DNA from: an uncultured Eubacteriales bacterium
Lineage (GTDB): Bacteria > Acidobacteriota > Aminicenantia > Aminicenantales > Aminicenantaceae
Reading direction: 5' to 3'
NCBI GenBank assembly: GCA_964346815.1
Contig: CAYFWF010000047.1
Coordinates: 890 to 64,889 of the forward strand
DNA length: 64,000 nt
Position numbers and translations under genes: made by a program. Shown piece after piece: positions 27,426 to 40,002 of this stretch (the first letter of the stretch is position 1; every line of letters starts with the position of its first letter). The notes beneath the pieces are model-generated. The model did no database searches, had not been told where the DNA came from, and saw only the letters and a program-made list of their open reading frames with translations.

Positions 27426-29063
27426 TTGAGATTGCCTTCTGATAATAAATACGACAGAAATGAAGTCCACGACTTGATCTCAAAAGGCAGAAAAAGAGGT
27501 TATATCCTCTTCGAAGAAATCGACAAGACTTTCCAGGATGAATTCGACAGCGAAGAGGATTTCGATGAATTCATAAGTTCCATGGACGATTATGGGATCA
27601 AAATCCGGTACAAGAGAAAGGACTATGTGCCCAAACGAAAGAAAAGTGACACCATTTCCATCGAAGGGCTGGAACGGACAACCGATCCAGTAAAGCTTTA
27701 TCTGCGGGAAATGGGAAACATCTCTCTACTCACCAGAGAAGGAGAGATTTCAATCGCCAGGGAAATCGAACGCGGAGAAAAAACGATTGTAAAGGCCCTC
27801 TCTAAGACGAGACTCGTCCTCAACGAAGTTCTTTCCATAGAGGATAAGCTGCAAGACAGCCCTGATATCCTTCAAGAGATGTTCGAGATCAGTGAGGATG
27901 ATATTCCCGAAGGAGAAATCGAAGAAAAAAAGAAACAAATCCTGGATAAGATAAAAAAAATTAGAGGATTGAGTGAGCAGCTCGATTCGATTCCTGCAAG
28001 AAAAAGATTTGCATTGACCAGAGGCCGGCTCATCGTTCAGATGAGCCGTCTCATCCGGAACCTCAACATACGCCCAAGCCTGCAAGAAGAAATTATCGAA
28101 AGTCTTCGAGAGAAACTCAGAGTTATCAATGAATTGGAAGAAACACGAGAAGAATTGATACTCTCTCTAAACCAGGCAAAAGCCAAAAAATCGACAAAGA
28201 AAGCATCCGATCTGAAGCAGAAGACCAAGGACATCAACGGGCTGCTGCGCAGTTATCAGCAAGATATTGGGCTCGATTCCCAAGCATTAAGAAAAATCCT
28301 GCGTGCGATCACGACAGGGAGAAAAATCAGCGACCAGGCAAAAAAGGAATTGGTCGCAGCGAATCTGAGACTGGTCGTTTCGATCGCGAAAAAGTACAGC
28401 AACCGCGGACTTCAATTCCTCGATCTGATTCAAGAGGGGAACATGGGATTGATGAAAGCAGTGGATAAATTCGAGTACCGGAGAGGATACAAATTCTCCA
28501 CTTATGCCACCTGGTGGATCAGACAAGCCATAACCAGAGCTATCGCAGATCAAGCCAGGACAATAAGGATCCCTGTCCATATGATAGAAACCATAAACAA
28601 ACTCATCCGGGTATCCAGAAGCCTGGTTCAGGAAGTCGGCCGAGAGCCCTCCAGCGAGGAGATCGCCAAAAAAATGGATCTTCCTATCCATAAAGTGAGG
28701 AAAATCATAAAAATCGCTCAGGAACCCATTTCTCTGGAAACGCCGATCGGAGAGGAAGAGGACAGTCATCTCGGAGATTTCATCGAGGACAAGTTTATCC
28801 CTTCGCCTCCCGATACTGTTATCCATATCAATTTAAGGGAACAGATCGAGACCGCTCTGAAGACCCTCACCGAAAGAGAAGCTAAAGTTCTGAAAATGAG
28901 ATTCGGACTGGGTGACGGAAACGAACACACCCTGGAGGAAGTCGGACAGCAGTTCAAAGTGACCCGTGAAAGAATCAGACAGATAGAGGCAAAAGCATTG
29001 AGAAAATTGAAGCATCCCAGCCGAAGCCGAAGGCTGAAATCGTTCACCAACGATGAGAACTAA
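27426..29063 (+). CDS. rpoD: RNA polymerase sigma-70 factor
   Basis: Regions 1.2-4 present; region 2.4 [27 protein letters not shown]; region 4 HTH; TTG start inferred. Confidence 0.93.
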   Translation: MRLPSDNKYDRNEVHDLISKGRKRGYILFEEIDKTFQDEFDSEEDFDEFISSMDDYGIKIRYKRKDYVPKRKKSDTISIEGLERTTDPVKLYLREMGNISLLTREGEISIAREIERGEKTIVKALSKTRLVLNEVLSIEDKLQDSPDILQEMFEISEDDIPEGEIEEKKKQILDKIKKIRGLSEQLDSIPARKRFALTRGRLIVQMSRLIRNLNIRPSLQEEIIESLREKLRVINELEETREELILSLNQAKAKKSTKKASDLKQKTKDINGLLRSYQQDIGLDSQALRKILRAITTGRKISDQAKKELVAANLRLVVSIAKKYSNRGLQFLDLIQEGNMGLMKAVDKFEYRRGYKFSTYATWWIRQAITRAIADQARTIRIPVHMIETINKLIRVSRSLVQEVGREPSSEEIAKKMDLPIHKVRKIIKIAQEPISLETPIGEEEDSHLGDFIEDKFIPSPPDTVIHINLREQIETALKTLTEREAKVLKMRFGLGDGNEHTLEEVGQQFKVTRERIRQIEAKALRKLKHPSRSRRLKSFTNDEN

Positions 29064-29119
29064 CCGCATCAAAAGCATCCTGCAATCCGCCATATAACCC
29101 AACATCGCTTCTCCAAACG

Positions 29120-29290
29120 CTGTTGGACTTGGATAGAAAGCTACGGAGTTGGCCGCGAGGACTGTATGAGCGCGGAATGATCGACTGGAGTGGCCTGAGA
29201 ATGGCAGAGAACAATGAGGGGCAACAACAGATAACCATGCGGAGTTCCGCGGGGCCGAGAAGTTTGGTGAGGGTAGACACTTACTATGGC
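29120..29290 (+). repeat. variant/degenerate copy D of the intergenic repeat family (internal blocks only, no terminal inverted repeats)
   Basis: Shares TGTATGAGCGCGG, AACAA..., ATGCGGAGTTCCGCGGGGCCGAGAAG and GGTGAGGG blocks with copy A (16640-16750). Confidence 0.45.
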
Positions 29291-29300
29291 ACTCAATAAA

Positions 29301-29329
29301 TTGACTTGGTTCATGAGATTTGCTATATA
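29301..29329 (+). promoter_or_regulatory. sigma70-like promoter for tRNA-Met (TTGACT-17-TATATA)
   Basis: Spacing and position place the TSS within a few nt of the tRNA 5' end at 29340. Confidence 0.45.
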
Positions 29330-29339
29330 ACAAATTCAA

Positions 29340-29411
29340 GGGCCTATAGCTCAGCGGTAGAGCCACCGGCTCATAACCGGCAGGTCCCAGGTTCGAATCC
29401 TGGTAGGCCCA
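29340..29411 (+). tRNA. tRNA-Met(CAU) (elongator or Ile2-type cannot be distinguished)
   Basis: gggccta/taggccc acceptor, anticodon loop cuCAUaa, GGTTCGAATCC T-loop; 72 nt, no encoded CCA. Confidence 0.85.
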
Positions 29412-29432
29412 CTTTTTTCTTGAGGATAAGAT

Positions 29433-30146
29433 GTGGATACAGATTTCGAGAATCTAATTCAACTTCAGAATCTTGATATCGAAATGAAGAACACATCTCT
29501 CCTCCTCGAAGAACTTCCCCGCCAAATCAAAGATCTCGATAAAAAAATAGAAGAAAGCCTTAAAGTCGTCCAGGAGGCCAAAGATAAGCTCGCTCAAAAT
29601 CAGAAAAGAAGACGTGATCTCGAGGCCGAAGTCCAAGACTTAAAAGGGAAAATAACAAAATATAAAAGGCAGCTCAATGAGGTCAGAACCAATAAAGAAT
29701 ACAGCTCCCTTCTCAAGGAAATCGAAGAAACCCAAGTGAAGATCGACACTCATGAAGAAGAAATTATCGGAGAAATGCTCGCTGCAGATGACATCGAAAA
29801 AGACATCAAATTAGCCGATCAAAAAGCCGAACAAATCCAGAAAGAGCTGACCAAACAAAAAGAAGCCATCTTAAAAAAGAAAAAAGAGATGGAGGACGAA
29901 AAAGCCTCGCTTCAGAGGAAGAAAGAAGAGCTTCTCCCAAAGGTGCCTTCCGACAAATTGAATCTCTACAATCAGATCTCCGCTAAAAAAAATGGGATCG
30001 TGCTCTCCCCTTTATGGGATGAGTTCTGCTCGATGTGCCACATGAGGATTCGCCCCCAGATGGTCAATGAACTCCTTGCTGGAAACAAAATCATTCTTTG
30101 TGAGAACTGCGGCAGAATTCTCTACCACCCTGAAAAAAAGACTTGA
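29433..30146 (+). CDS. coiled-coil protein with C-terminal C4 zinc ribbon (COG1579-like)
   Basis: Long heptad-rich coiled coil; C-terminal CSMC...CENC zinc ribbon; GTG start with GAGGA RBS. Confidence 0.55.
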   Translation: MDTDFENLIQLQNLDIEMKNTSLLLEELPRQIKDLDKKIEESLKVVQEAKDKLAQNQKRRRDLEAEVQDLKGKITKYKRQLNEVRTNKEYSSLLKEIEETQVKIDTHEEEIIGEMLAADDIEKDIKLADQKAEQIQKELTKQKEAILKKKKEMEDEKASLQRKKEELLPKVPSDKLNLYNQISAKKNGIVLSPLWDEFCSMCHMRIRPQMVNELLAGNKIILCENCGRILYHPEKKT

Positions 30147-30159
30147 CTCATCGAGAACT

Positions 30160-31962
30160 TCATGTTTCCCTATTTACTGCTTCGGCCTCCCCGTAGAGGG
30201 CATTGATCACGTCTTTATATTTCTCTTCGATGGTGTTTCTCTTTACTTTTAAGGTTGGAGTGATCTCTCCTTTTTCTACCTCGAATTCTCTGTCCAGGAG
30301 AGCCACTTTTTTTATTTTTTCATAGGAGGCGAGATGAGGCGTAGTCCGTTCAATTTCTGCCTCTAAAAACCTAATGATCTGGTCATTCTCCACCAGACTC
30401 TTTCTGTCTTGGTAAGAGATGTTGTTGAACTTGGCATATTCCTCAAGTTTTTCAAAATTGGGAACAATCAAGGCAGACATGAACTTACGCTTATCCCCTA
30501 TGACCATTGCGTTGGAAATATATGCGTTGGTCTTGAGAAGATTCTCGATAGGTTGAGGAGCGACATTCTTTCCACCCGCAGTGACGATAATGTCTTTCTT
30601 CCTGTCGGTTATGACCAAGAATCCGTCTTCGTCAAGATAGCCGATGTCTCCTGTGTAAAGCCACCCCTCTTTGAGCACCTCATTCGTCTCTTCCTCCATT
30701 TTATAATAGCCCTTCATGATGTTGGGACCTCTGGCGAGAATTTCTCCATCTTCGGCGATTTTGACATCCACAGCGGGAATAGGGGGTCCCACCGTCCCGA
30801 ATTTTATTTTTTCTAACCTGTTGACAGAGATAACCGGAGAACTCTCGGTCAGCCCATATCCTTCCAGTACGACGAGCCCCATGGCGTAAAACAGTTCTGC
30901 GATATCTTTGGAAAGAGGGGCGGCTCCTGAAACAAAAAATTTCACTTTCCCTCCAGTCTTTTCAATTATTTTAGAAAAAACGAGCCTATGAGCTATCCTC
31001 CTTTTGAACCGAAGGAACCGAGGGACAGGATCTCCCTTGAGTGTTTTTTGACCGTATTTTCGTCCGACTTTAGTTGCCCAAAAAAATATCTTTCTCTTGA
31101 GCGGAGGGCTGGATAGAACATTATCCATAACTTTTGCATAAATCTTCTCGAACACCCTTGGCACGCTGACCATGATTTGAGGCCGAACTTCTAAGAGGTT
31201 TTCGCCAACCGTATCTATACTTTCGGCATAGGCAATAGAACATCCCTTATACAGGTAGCAGAAGGTGACCATCCTTTCAAAACTGTGGGATAACGGCAGG
31301 AAGGACAAAACGGTATCTTGATGGGTGAACTCGATGACTTGGGTGGCGGAAATGACGTTACTGACAAAATTTCCATGGGAGAGCATGACTCCTTTTGGAA
31401 GCCCAGTTGTTCCTGAGGTGTATATGATGGAGGCCACGTCATCAGGTTTGACTTTAGATGCAATCCGGTCGAAAAGACCTGGATCCTCCGCCTGTATTTT
31501 TTCTCCGCGTTTCATAACCTGGTCATAAGTTATGACTCCCTCTGGGGCTTGCGTTTCCAAAGTTATGTAGTGAGTGACTTTAGTGAGCTCACTCTTCACG
31601 GCTTCCACTTTGCTTCCAAGAAATGCATCGGAATACAAAACAACTTTAGCATCGGAATTATGGATGATGTACTTGATCTGTTCGGGGACCAAAGAGGTAT
31701 AAATGGGCACGGTGACTCCCCCCAAACATAGATTTGCCAGATCCGTCATCACCCATTCGGGCCTGTTTTCTGAGAGAATGATAAGCTTATCTCCTGGATT
31801 CAACCCCAAATCTCTCAATCCTAAAGAAAAATATCTCACTCTCCGGGAAAATTCATCTGTGGATACAGGGACATATTTCCCTTCCTTCTTGTAGAGCATG
31901 AGATCATCTTTGGGATAAGATTTGACTGTATTAAGGAATAACTGGCTGATTGTCTCGACCAT
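30160..31962 (-). CDS. long-chain-fatty-acid--CoA ligase (AMP-dependent synthetase)
   Basis: AMP-binding motif IYTSGTTGLPKGV; ~600 aa FACS architecture. Confidence 0.85.
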   Translation of the reverse strand: MVETISQLFLNTVKSYPKDDLMLYKKEGKYVPVSTDEFSRRVRYFSLGLRDLGLNPGDKLIILSENRPEWVMTDLANLCLGGVTVPIYTSLVPEQIKYIIHNSDAKVVLYSDAFLGSKVEAVKSELTKVTHYITLETQAPEGVITYDQVMKRGEKIQAEDPGLFDRIASKVKPDDVASIIYTSGTTGLPKGVMLSHGNFVSNVISATQVIEFTHQDTVLSFLPLSHSFERMVTFCYLYKGCSIAYAESIDTVGENLLEVRPQIMVSVPRVFEKIYAKVMDNVLSSPPLKRKIFFWATKVGRKYGQKTLKGDPVPRFLRFKRRIAHRLVFSKIIEKTGGKVKFFVSGAAPLSKDIAELFYAMGLVVLEGYGLTESSPVISVNRLEKIKFGTVGPPIPAVDVKIAEDGEILARGPNIMKGYYKMEEETNEVLKEGWLYTGDIGYLDEDGFLVITDRKKDIIVTAGGKNVAPQPIENLLKTNAYISNAMVIGDKRKFMSALIVPNFEKLEEYAKFNNISYQDRKSLVENDQIIRFLEAEIERTTPHLASYEKIKKVALLDREFEVEKGEITPTLKVKRNTIEEKYKDVINALYGEAEAVNRET

Positions 31963-32058
31963 TAATCACTCCTAACAACCGGTTGGATAAATTTTAAAGA
32001 AGTCCAGGAACAGGTGTCAAGCAACAAAGAGAAGAGGTACAGAAGACTCTTCTGGATT

Positions 32059-34479
32059 TCAGCTTTCGCGCACTTTGGCGATCGAGACTACCCTATCGCC
32101 CTTTTCAAGGTTGATAATTCTTACTCCTTGAGTAGCCCGGCTCAATGGCCTGATCTGTTCGGTTTTAATCCGGATGACCTTTCCGAGTTCAGTGATTAAG
32201 AGCATTTCTTCATCGGAAATCCCGACAATCCCGACAGCCTTCCCTATTTTGGATCCGATACGGAGATTGAGGACTCCTTTTCCGCCCCTTCGATGTCTGG
32301 GATAAAGCTCCACAGGGGTTTTTTTCCCATATCCTTTCTCACTGGCTGTGAAGATGTATTTTTCAGCCTCTCCAGCAACCACCATCCCTATGATCTCATC
32401 CTTTTTGTTTAAGGACAGGGCTTTCACTCCCGCAGCCTGTCGGCCCATAGGTCTGACATCGCTTTCTTTAAACCGGATAGCCTTTCCCAATTTTGTCCCG
32501 ATAATGATATCTTTGTTTCCGTCTGTGAGCTTCGCAGAGATCAACTCAGACTTAGGAGTCATTCCGATGGCAATGATCCCCCCCCTCCGTATATGGCGAA
32601 ATTCACTCAACCGCGTTTTTTTGATCCGGCCGTCCGAACAGAGCATAACGATATATTCATTCTCGGGAAAATCTCTCACTGCAACAACAGAGCTTGTCTT
32701 CTCACCAGGACTCATCTCTACAAGATTTCTAATGGATTTTCCCCGACTCGAAACACCCAAATCCGGAATAAGTAAAGCTTTCAGCCAATAGAGATTGCCT
32801 TGATTGGTAAAAATAAGAAGATAGCTATGGGTAGAACTGATGAAGAGATCCTGCACCACATCCTCGGGTTTCATCCTGATGCCTCTTCGTCCTTTCCCCC
32901 CGCGGCTTTGAAAGTGATAATAGCTCAGAGAGGTTCTCTTGACATATCCAGAGGAAGTGTAAGTCAGCACCACATCCTCTTCCTTGATCAAATCTTCTGC
33001 CTTCATGTCTAAGACTTCTTCTGCGACGATCTCTGACTTTCTCTCATCCTGATATTCTTTTTTTATCTGTGTGAGTTCGTCGACGATGATATCCAATATG
33101 AGCTCTTCGCTTCCGAGTATTTTTCTCAGTTTCGTTATCAGCTTTTTCAACTCCTGGTATTCCTTCAATATTTTATCCCTTTCCAACCGGGTTAACTTTT
33201 GAAGCTGCATTTCTAGAATAGCCTGAGCCTGGATTTTGCTTAAATTGAAATTCGCGATCAGTCCTCTTCTTGCTTGATCCACAGTGCGGGAAGCGCGGAT
33301 CAGCTTGATGACAGCATCCAGATGATCCAACGCGATGTTTAAGCCTTCCAGAATATGGGCTCTGTGTTCTGCTTTTTTCAACTCAAAACGCGTTCGGCGC
33401 CGTACCACATCCTGACGGTGGGAAATAAAATACCACATCATATCGAGAAGCCCCATCACTTTGGGTTGCTTCTCTACGATCGCCAGCATGATGATCCCGA
33501 AAGATGTCTGAAGAGCGGTGTGCTTGTACAGGTTGTTGAGAATAACCTCGGGAAACTCTCCCTTCCTGATCTCGACCACGATTCTCATCCCTTCTCTGTC
33601 CGACTCATCCCTGATATCCGCAATCCCCCCCAGTTTCTTGTTGTTGACGAGATCTGCAATATTTTCCAGCAGCCTGCCTTTGTTGACCTGATAGGGTATT
33701 TCGGTGATAACGATCCGATCTCTCTCGTTTTTTCGTCCTCTTTCGATCATGGCACGGGCTCTTAAACAGATAATACCTCTTCCTGTTTTATATGCGCTTT
33801 TTATACCTTCGGTGCCGAAAATATATCCCCCTGTGGGAAAATCAGGCCCACCCACAAACTCCATTATTTTTTCCAAGCCAGCCTTCGGATGTTTGATAAG
33901 GTATACGATTCCGTCGATTATCTCTCCCAAATTATGAGGGGGGATATTGGTCGCCATTCCCACAGCGATTCCTGATCCACCATTTATCAGCAGATTTGGA
34001 AATTTTGCCGGTAAAACCTCGGGCATTTGAAGGCTTTCGTCATAATTGGGAACAAAATTGACTGTGTCCTTTTCGATATCTGCGAGCAGCTCATGGGTGA
34101 TTTTTCTCATCCTGACTTCGGTATAGCGCATGGCCGCAGGAGGATCTCCATCTATGGAGCCGAAATTACCCTGCCCATCCACGAGGGGGTACCTCAGACT
34201 GAAGCTTTGAGCCATCCTTACCAGCGTATCATAGACAGCCATCTCACCATGGGGATGGTATTTACCGATCACGTCTCCTACGATGCGGGCAGACTTTTTG
34301 TAAGGCTTGTTCCATACATTGTTCACATCGTGCATGGCATACAGAGTGCGCCTGTGGACCGGCTTCAATCCGTCTTTGATGTCAGGAATGGCTCTTCCTA
34401 TGATTACGCTCATGGCATAATCCAGATAGGACTGCCGCATTTCTTTTTCGAGGCTCACCACCTCCAACTTGCTGCTCAT
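32059..34479 (-). CDS. gyrA: DNA gyrase subunit A
   Basis: N-terminal [16 protein letters not shown]...AAMRYTE active-site region; C-terminal beta-pinwheel repeats. Confidence 0.95.
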   Translation of the reverse strand: MSSKLEVVSLEKEMRQSYLDYAMSVIIGRAIPDIKDGLKPVHRRTLYAMHDVNNVWNKPYKKSARIVGDVIGKYHPHGEMAVYDTLVRMAQSFSLRYPLVDGQGNFGSIDGDPPAAMRYTEVRMRKITHELLADIEKDTVNFVPNYDESLQMPEVLPAKFPNLLINGGSGIAVGMATNIPPHNLGEIIDGIVYLIKHPKAGLEKIMEFVGGPDFPTGGYIFGTEGIKSAYKTGRGIICLRARAMIERGRKNERDRIVITEIPYQVNKGRLLENIADLVNNKKLGGIADIRDESDREGMRIVVEIRKGEFPEVILNNLYKHTALQTSFGIIMLAIVEKQPKVMGLLDMMWYFISHRQDVVRRRTRFELKKAEHRAHILEGLNIALDHLDAVIKLIRASRTVDQARRGLIANFNLSKIQAQAILEMQLQKLTRLERDKILKEYQELKKLITKLRKILGSEELILDIIVDELTQIKKEYQDERKSEIVAEEVLDMKAEDLIKEEDVVLTYTSSGYVKRTSLSYYHFQSRGGKGRRGIRMKPEDVVQDLFISSTHSYLLIFTNQGNLYWLKALLIPDLGVSSRGKSIRNLVEMSPGEKTSSVVAVRDFPENEYIVMLCSDGRIKKTRLSEFRHIRRGGIIAIGMTPKSELISAKLTDGNKDIIIGTKLGKAIRFKESDVRPMGRQAAGVKALSLNKKDEIIGMVVAGEAEKYIFTASEKGYGKKTPVELYPRHRRGGKGVLNLRIGSKIGKAVGIVGISDEEMLLITELGKVIRIKTEQIRPLSRATQGVRIINLEKGDRVVSIAKVRES

Positions 34480-34557
34480 GGATTCTCCTTTATCTTATAT
34501 AAGTCGTGCTCATGGATATCGAACCACCGAATCATCGGGAGATGCTCAACCTACACA

Positions 34558-37008
<2,451 letters not shown>

Positions 37009-37240
37009 TTAAGCACATTTAATTTTACCTTAAAATGACAATTTAGTAAAGTAAAATTCCCCTAAAAAACAGAGAAAATCTCCCTTTTTTTTGAGCCTTT
37101 TTTCCCCGGAAAATCAGTCCCAACGAGATGTCGTTTCATCACTCTTTTCTAACGAACCTGAGTTTCTTTTTATCTCATAACACATCAATTGCCCTCTTTG
37201 ACCGCTCGAAAAATTCGTTTATACTAAATAGGAGGACAAA

Positions 37241-38230
37241 ATGCCGGCTAACCTTCCCCCTCAGTATTTCGAAACGGAAAAAAAACTGAAGACTGCAAAA
37301 ACGCTTCAAGAGAAAATCGCGATCCATGAGGAACTGCTTGCTATCGTTCCCAAGCACAAAGGGACAGAAAAACTTCAGGCCCTTCTCAAAACCAAGATCG
37401 CCAAACTCAAGGCTCAAGGACAGAAGAAATCCGTAGTCGCCCGCCACACCGCAGCCTTCCAGGTAGAAAAAGCGGGCGCTGGGCAGGTAGTCCTCATCGG
37501 TTCCCCTAACTCCGGGAAGTCCTCCATTGTCAATTCGCTGACCAACGCCAAACCCGAAATCGGAGATTATCCTTTCACCACCTACCTTCCTTCTCCAGCC
37601 ATGATGCCGTATGAAAACACTCAGATTCAGCTTATCGATATGCCTCCCATCACCCAGGATTATTTCGAATTCTGGCAGGCTGAATTGATAAAAGGATCGG
37701 ATGGGGTTCTGCTTATCCTTGACCTGTCTATTCCGGAGCCTGCCGAAGATTACCTGACACTTCTGGGCAGACTCGAAGAAAAAAGGATAGAGCTTGTTTC
37801 AGACACCCAGACAGTGCCTCCTGAAAAACATCAATTCTGCAAAAAATCATTGATTGTTGCCCATAAATCGGATCATCCCCGCGCTGCAGAAAGACTCAAA
37901 GCATTGAAGGAATTCATTGATCCAGGATTCACTCTGATTCCCGTCTCGGTCATCAAGAAAGACAGCTTAGAAGATCTCAAAGAACGCATCTATATCCTTC
38001 TCGATGTGATTCGTGTGTACAGCAAAATCCCGGGAAAAAAAGTTGACCTCAACGACCCATATGTCTTCAAAAAAGGAAGTTCCCTGATGGATATGGCCGA
38101 GGCCGTGCACAAGGATTTTTCCCAAAATTTGAAATATGCCAGGATCTGGGGAAAAAACAAATATCAAGGACAAAAGGTCAATCGAAATTATGTTCTGGAG
38201 GATGAGGATATCATCGAACTTCACATCTAG
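37241..38230 (+). CDS. DRG-family GTPase with C-terminal TGS domain (developmentally-regulated GTP-binding protein homolog)
   Basis: N-terminal helical KTAKTLQEKIAIHEELLA...; G1 GSPNSGKSS, G2 FTT, G3 DMPP; C-terminal TGS (VYSKIPGKK...VLEDEDIIELHI) colinear with eukaryotic/archaeal DRG. Confidence 0.7.
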   Translation: MPANLPPQYFETEKKLKTAKTLQEKIAIHEELLAIVPKHKGTEKLQALLKTKIAKLKAQGQKKSVVARHTAAFQVEKAGAGQVVLIGSPNSGKSSIVNSLTNAKPEIGDYPFTTYLPSPAMMPYENTQIQLIDMPPITQDYFEFWQAELIKGSDGVLLILDLSIPEPAEDYLTLLGRLEEKRIELVSDTQTVPPEKHQFCKKSLIVAHKSDHPRAAERLKALKEFIDPGFTLIPVSVIKKDSLEDLKERIYILLDVIRVYSKIPGKKVDLNDPYVFKKGSSLMDMAEAVHKDFSQNLKYARIWGKNKYQGQKVNRNYVLEDEDIIELHI

Positions 38231-38292
38231 CCTGTCTGAATTATTTTAAAAAATGTTACCTAAATGTATCGACAGCGGCATCTTATTTAACT

Positions 38293-38321
38293 TTACTGAT
38301 CCTTTGATTGCATTTATAATG
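38293..38321 (+). promoter_or_regulatory. sigma70-like promoter for tRNA-Pro (TTTACT-17-TATAAT)
   Basis: Perfect -10 TATAAT 13 nt upstream of tRNA 5' end. Confidence 0.45.
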
Positions 38322-38334
38322 AGAACCTCGAAAC

Positions 38335-38412
38335 CGGGGCGTAGCGCAGTCTGGTCAGCGCACAGCGTTCGGGACGCTGGGGTCATGGGTTCGAATCCCA
38401 TCGCCCCGACCA
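38335..38412 (+). tRNA. tRNA-Pro(CGG) with encoded CCA
   Basis: cggggcg/cgccccg acceptor, anticodon loop uuCGGga, GGTTCGAATCC T-loop, terminal CCA. Confidence 0.85.
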
Positions 38413-38552
38413 GTTTCTTCTCCATCCCTTCATCGCTCGAAACAGACATAAATTACTATCCAAAGGGCATCCTTGGGAATTCGATAGAATCTTGAGCAAT
38501 GAGGACCGAACGGACCGCGAAATTTTTTTACGGGAAATAAAATCGGGATAAA

Positions 38553-38805
38553 GGTGCAGGGAAATGTCGGAGCGGCATTGAAGATTTAGCCATTACTGCC
38601 GTTCTTCGAGGGGATCTGACATAGTCAGACGGCGATGTTGTATTGAGCACGACTTTGCCAAAGGATACCAGTTGTGCGCAGGCACGGGAACAAAGGATAA
38701 AGGAGGAGAGTTAGGTGTTGTCGTGCACAGTTCAGCGCCGCCGAGAAGGGCGGCAACGGAATGGCGTTAAAAATCTGAACTAGAGCGAAGACATTTCCCC
38801 GCACC
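38553..38805 (+). repeat. intergenic repeat element, copy B (full length; leader 38525-38552; inverted outer motif CCGTCACTTTGGG at 38825-38837)
   Basis: 5' GGTGCAGGGAAATGT / 3' ACATTTCCCCGCACC; internal TGTATTGAGCACGAC, AACAAAGGA, GCCGAGAAG and 3' GGAATGGCGTTAAAAATCTGAACTAGAGCGAAGACATTTCCC blocks shared with copy A. Confidence 0.7.
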
Positions 38806-38910
38806 TTAGATGGATACTTCATCCCCGTCACTTTGGGACATACCCAAAAAATGAAATAATTACATTAACTGTAAAAATAGGGAAACTAGAGTATAGGATT
38901 GGATTTTTGA

Positions 38911-40002
38911 CTAAGTCAAAGTGATAAGCTCATAGTCCATGCTGCCCAATCCTATCTTTTGCCCGTGCTTGAGTTGTACGGACCAATCCACGTTATGGGT
39001 TGCTCTTAAAAAGTCCTTCCCACTTTTATCTATAAGCAAATCTGCGGATGCTTTATCTATGGCTACGGGATCGAGAGAACCGAGTAAACCCAGATCACCG
39101 GCAATCGCTTTTCCGTCCTTAGACATACAGTCGCAATCCTTGGTGACCTGGATCAAGTAGCTGATAAATCCTGCACCCTTGTTGATGCTCCGGAAAACCG
39201 CCGAGGCATATTCGGCCATCTTTTCCTGAACTCGGAGCTCATCCCCATCCCACCTCATCTTTACTGCACCCACAGTACACACGACCAGGCATTCTCCGCA
39301 TCCGATGCACTTCTCCTCTATGATGTGGGCACTTCCATCCCCCTGTTCGATGGCATCGGCCGGACAATAGTCAAGGCATATTGAACAATTTGTACAGATT
39401 TTGGGATTCACCCAGGGATGAACATCCGAATGCTGCTCGAGTTTACCTGCCCTTGAGGCACACCCCATTCCCAAATTCTTGATGGCTGCACCAAAGCCAG
39501 TTAAGACATGCCCTGTGAAATGGCTCAAACAAAGGAGCAGATCGGTATTCAGGAATGCGCTTCCAATCTTAGCCGATTTGACTCGGTCGAGTCCGATTTC
39601 GACCTCATCGCTGTCCCGACCGATGAGCCCATCGGCAATGATTACTGGTATTCCCAGTTCATCTAAGGAAAATCCGTGATCCGAGGCCAGTCGAAGATGG
39701 TCAACGGAATTGGATCTGCTCCCGATATAAAGGGTGTTCGTATCTGTCAAGAATATTTTTGCCTTATTTTTTTTCAGCCGATCGATCAAACGGATCAGCC
39801 AGGAAGGCTTAATATAGCCAGTGTTCCCCTTTTCTCCGAAATGCATCTTGATTCCTACGAAAGAATTTTTCTCAATTTTCTCTTCCAGACCAAGACGAAG
39901 AAATATTCTCTCTGTCTTTCTGGCGAGCGAGTCATTGTCTTCATCCCTTGAGACAGGCACAAAATACACTTTGCTCTTCATCGGATTCTTTTCCTTTATC
40001 AT
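38911..40002 (-). CDS. DUF362 domain protein with 2x[4Fe-4S] ferredoxin insert
   Basis: Two CxxCxxCxxxCP motifs (CTNCSICLDYCP, CIGCGECLVVCT); DUF362-like flanks. Confidence 0.65.
   Translation of the reverse strand: MIKEKNPMKSKVYFVPVSRDEDNDSLARKTERIFLRLGLEEKIEKNSFVGIKMHFGEKGNTGYIKPSWLIRLIDRLKKNKAKIFLTDTNTLYIGSRSNSVDHLRLASDHGFSLDELGIPVIIADGLIGRDSDEVEIGLDRVKSAKIGSAFLNTDLLLCLSHFTGHVLTGFGAAIKNLGMGCASRAGKLEQHSDVHPWVNPKICTNCSICLDYCPADAIEQGDGSAHIIEEKCIGCGECLVVCTVGAVKMRWDGDELRVQEKMAEYASAVFRSINKGAGFISYLIQVTKDCDCMSKDGKAIAGDLGLLGSLDPVAIDKASADLLIDKSGKDFLRATHNVDWSVQLKHGQKIGLGSMDYELITLT

Noticed and set aside
38246-38495. Small ORFs on both strands across tRNA-Pro
   Set aside because: They overlap a clean tRNA gene and its promoter.
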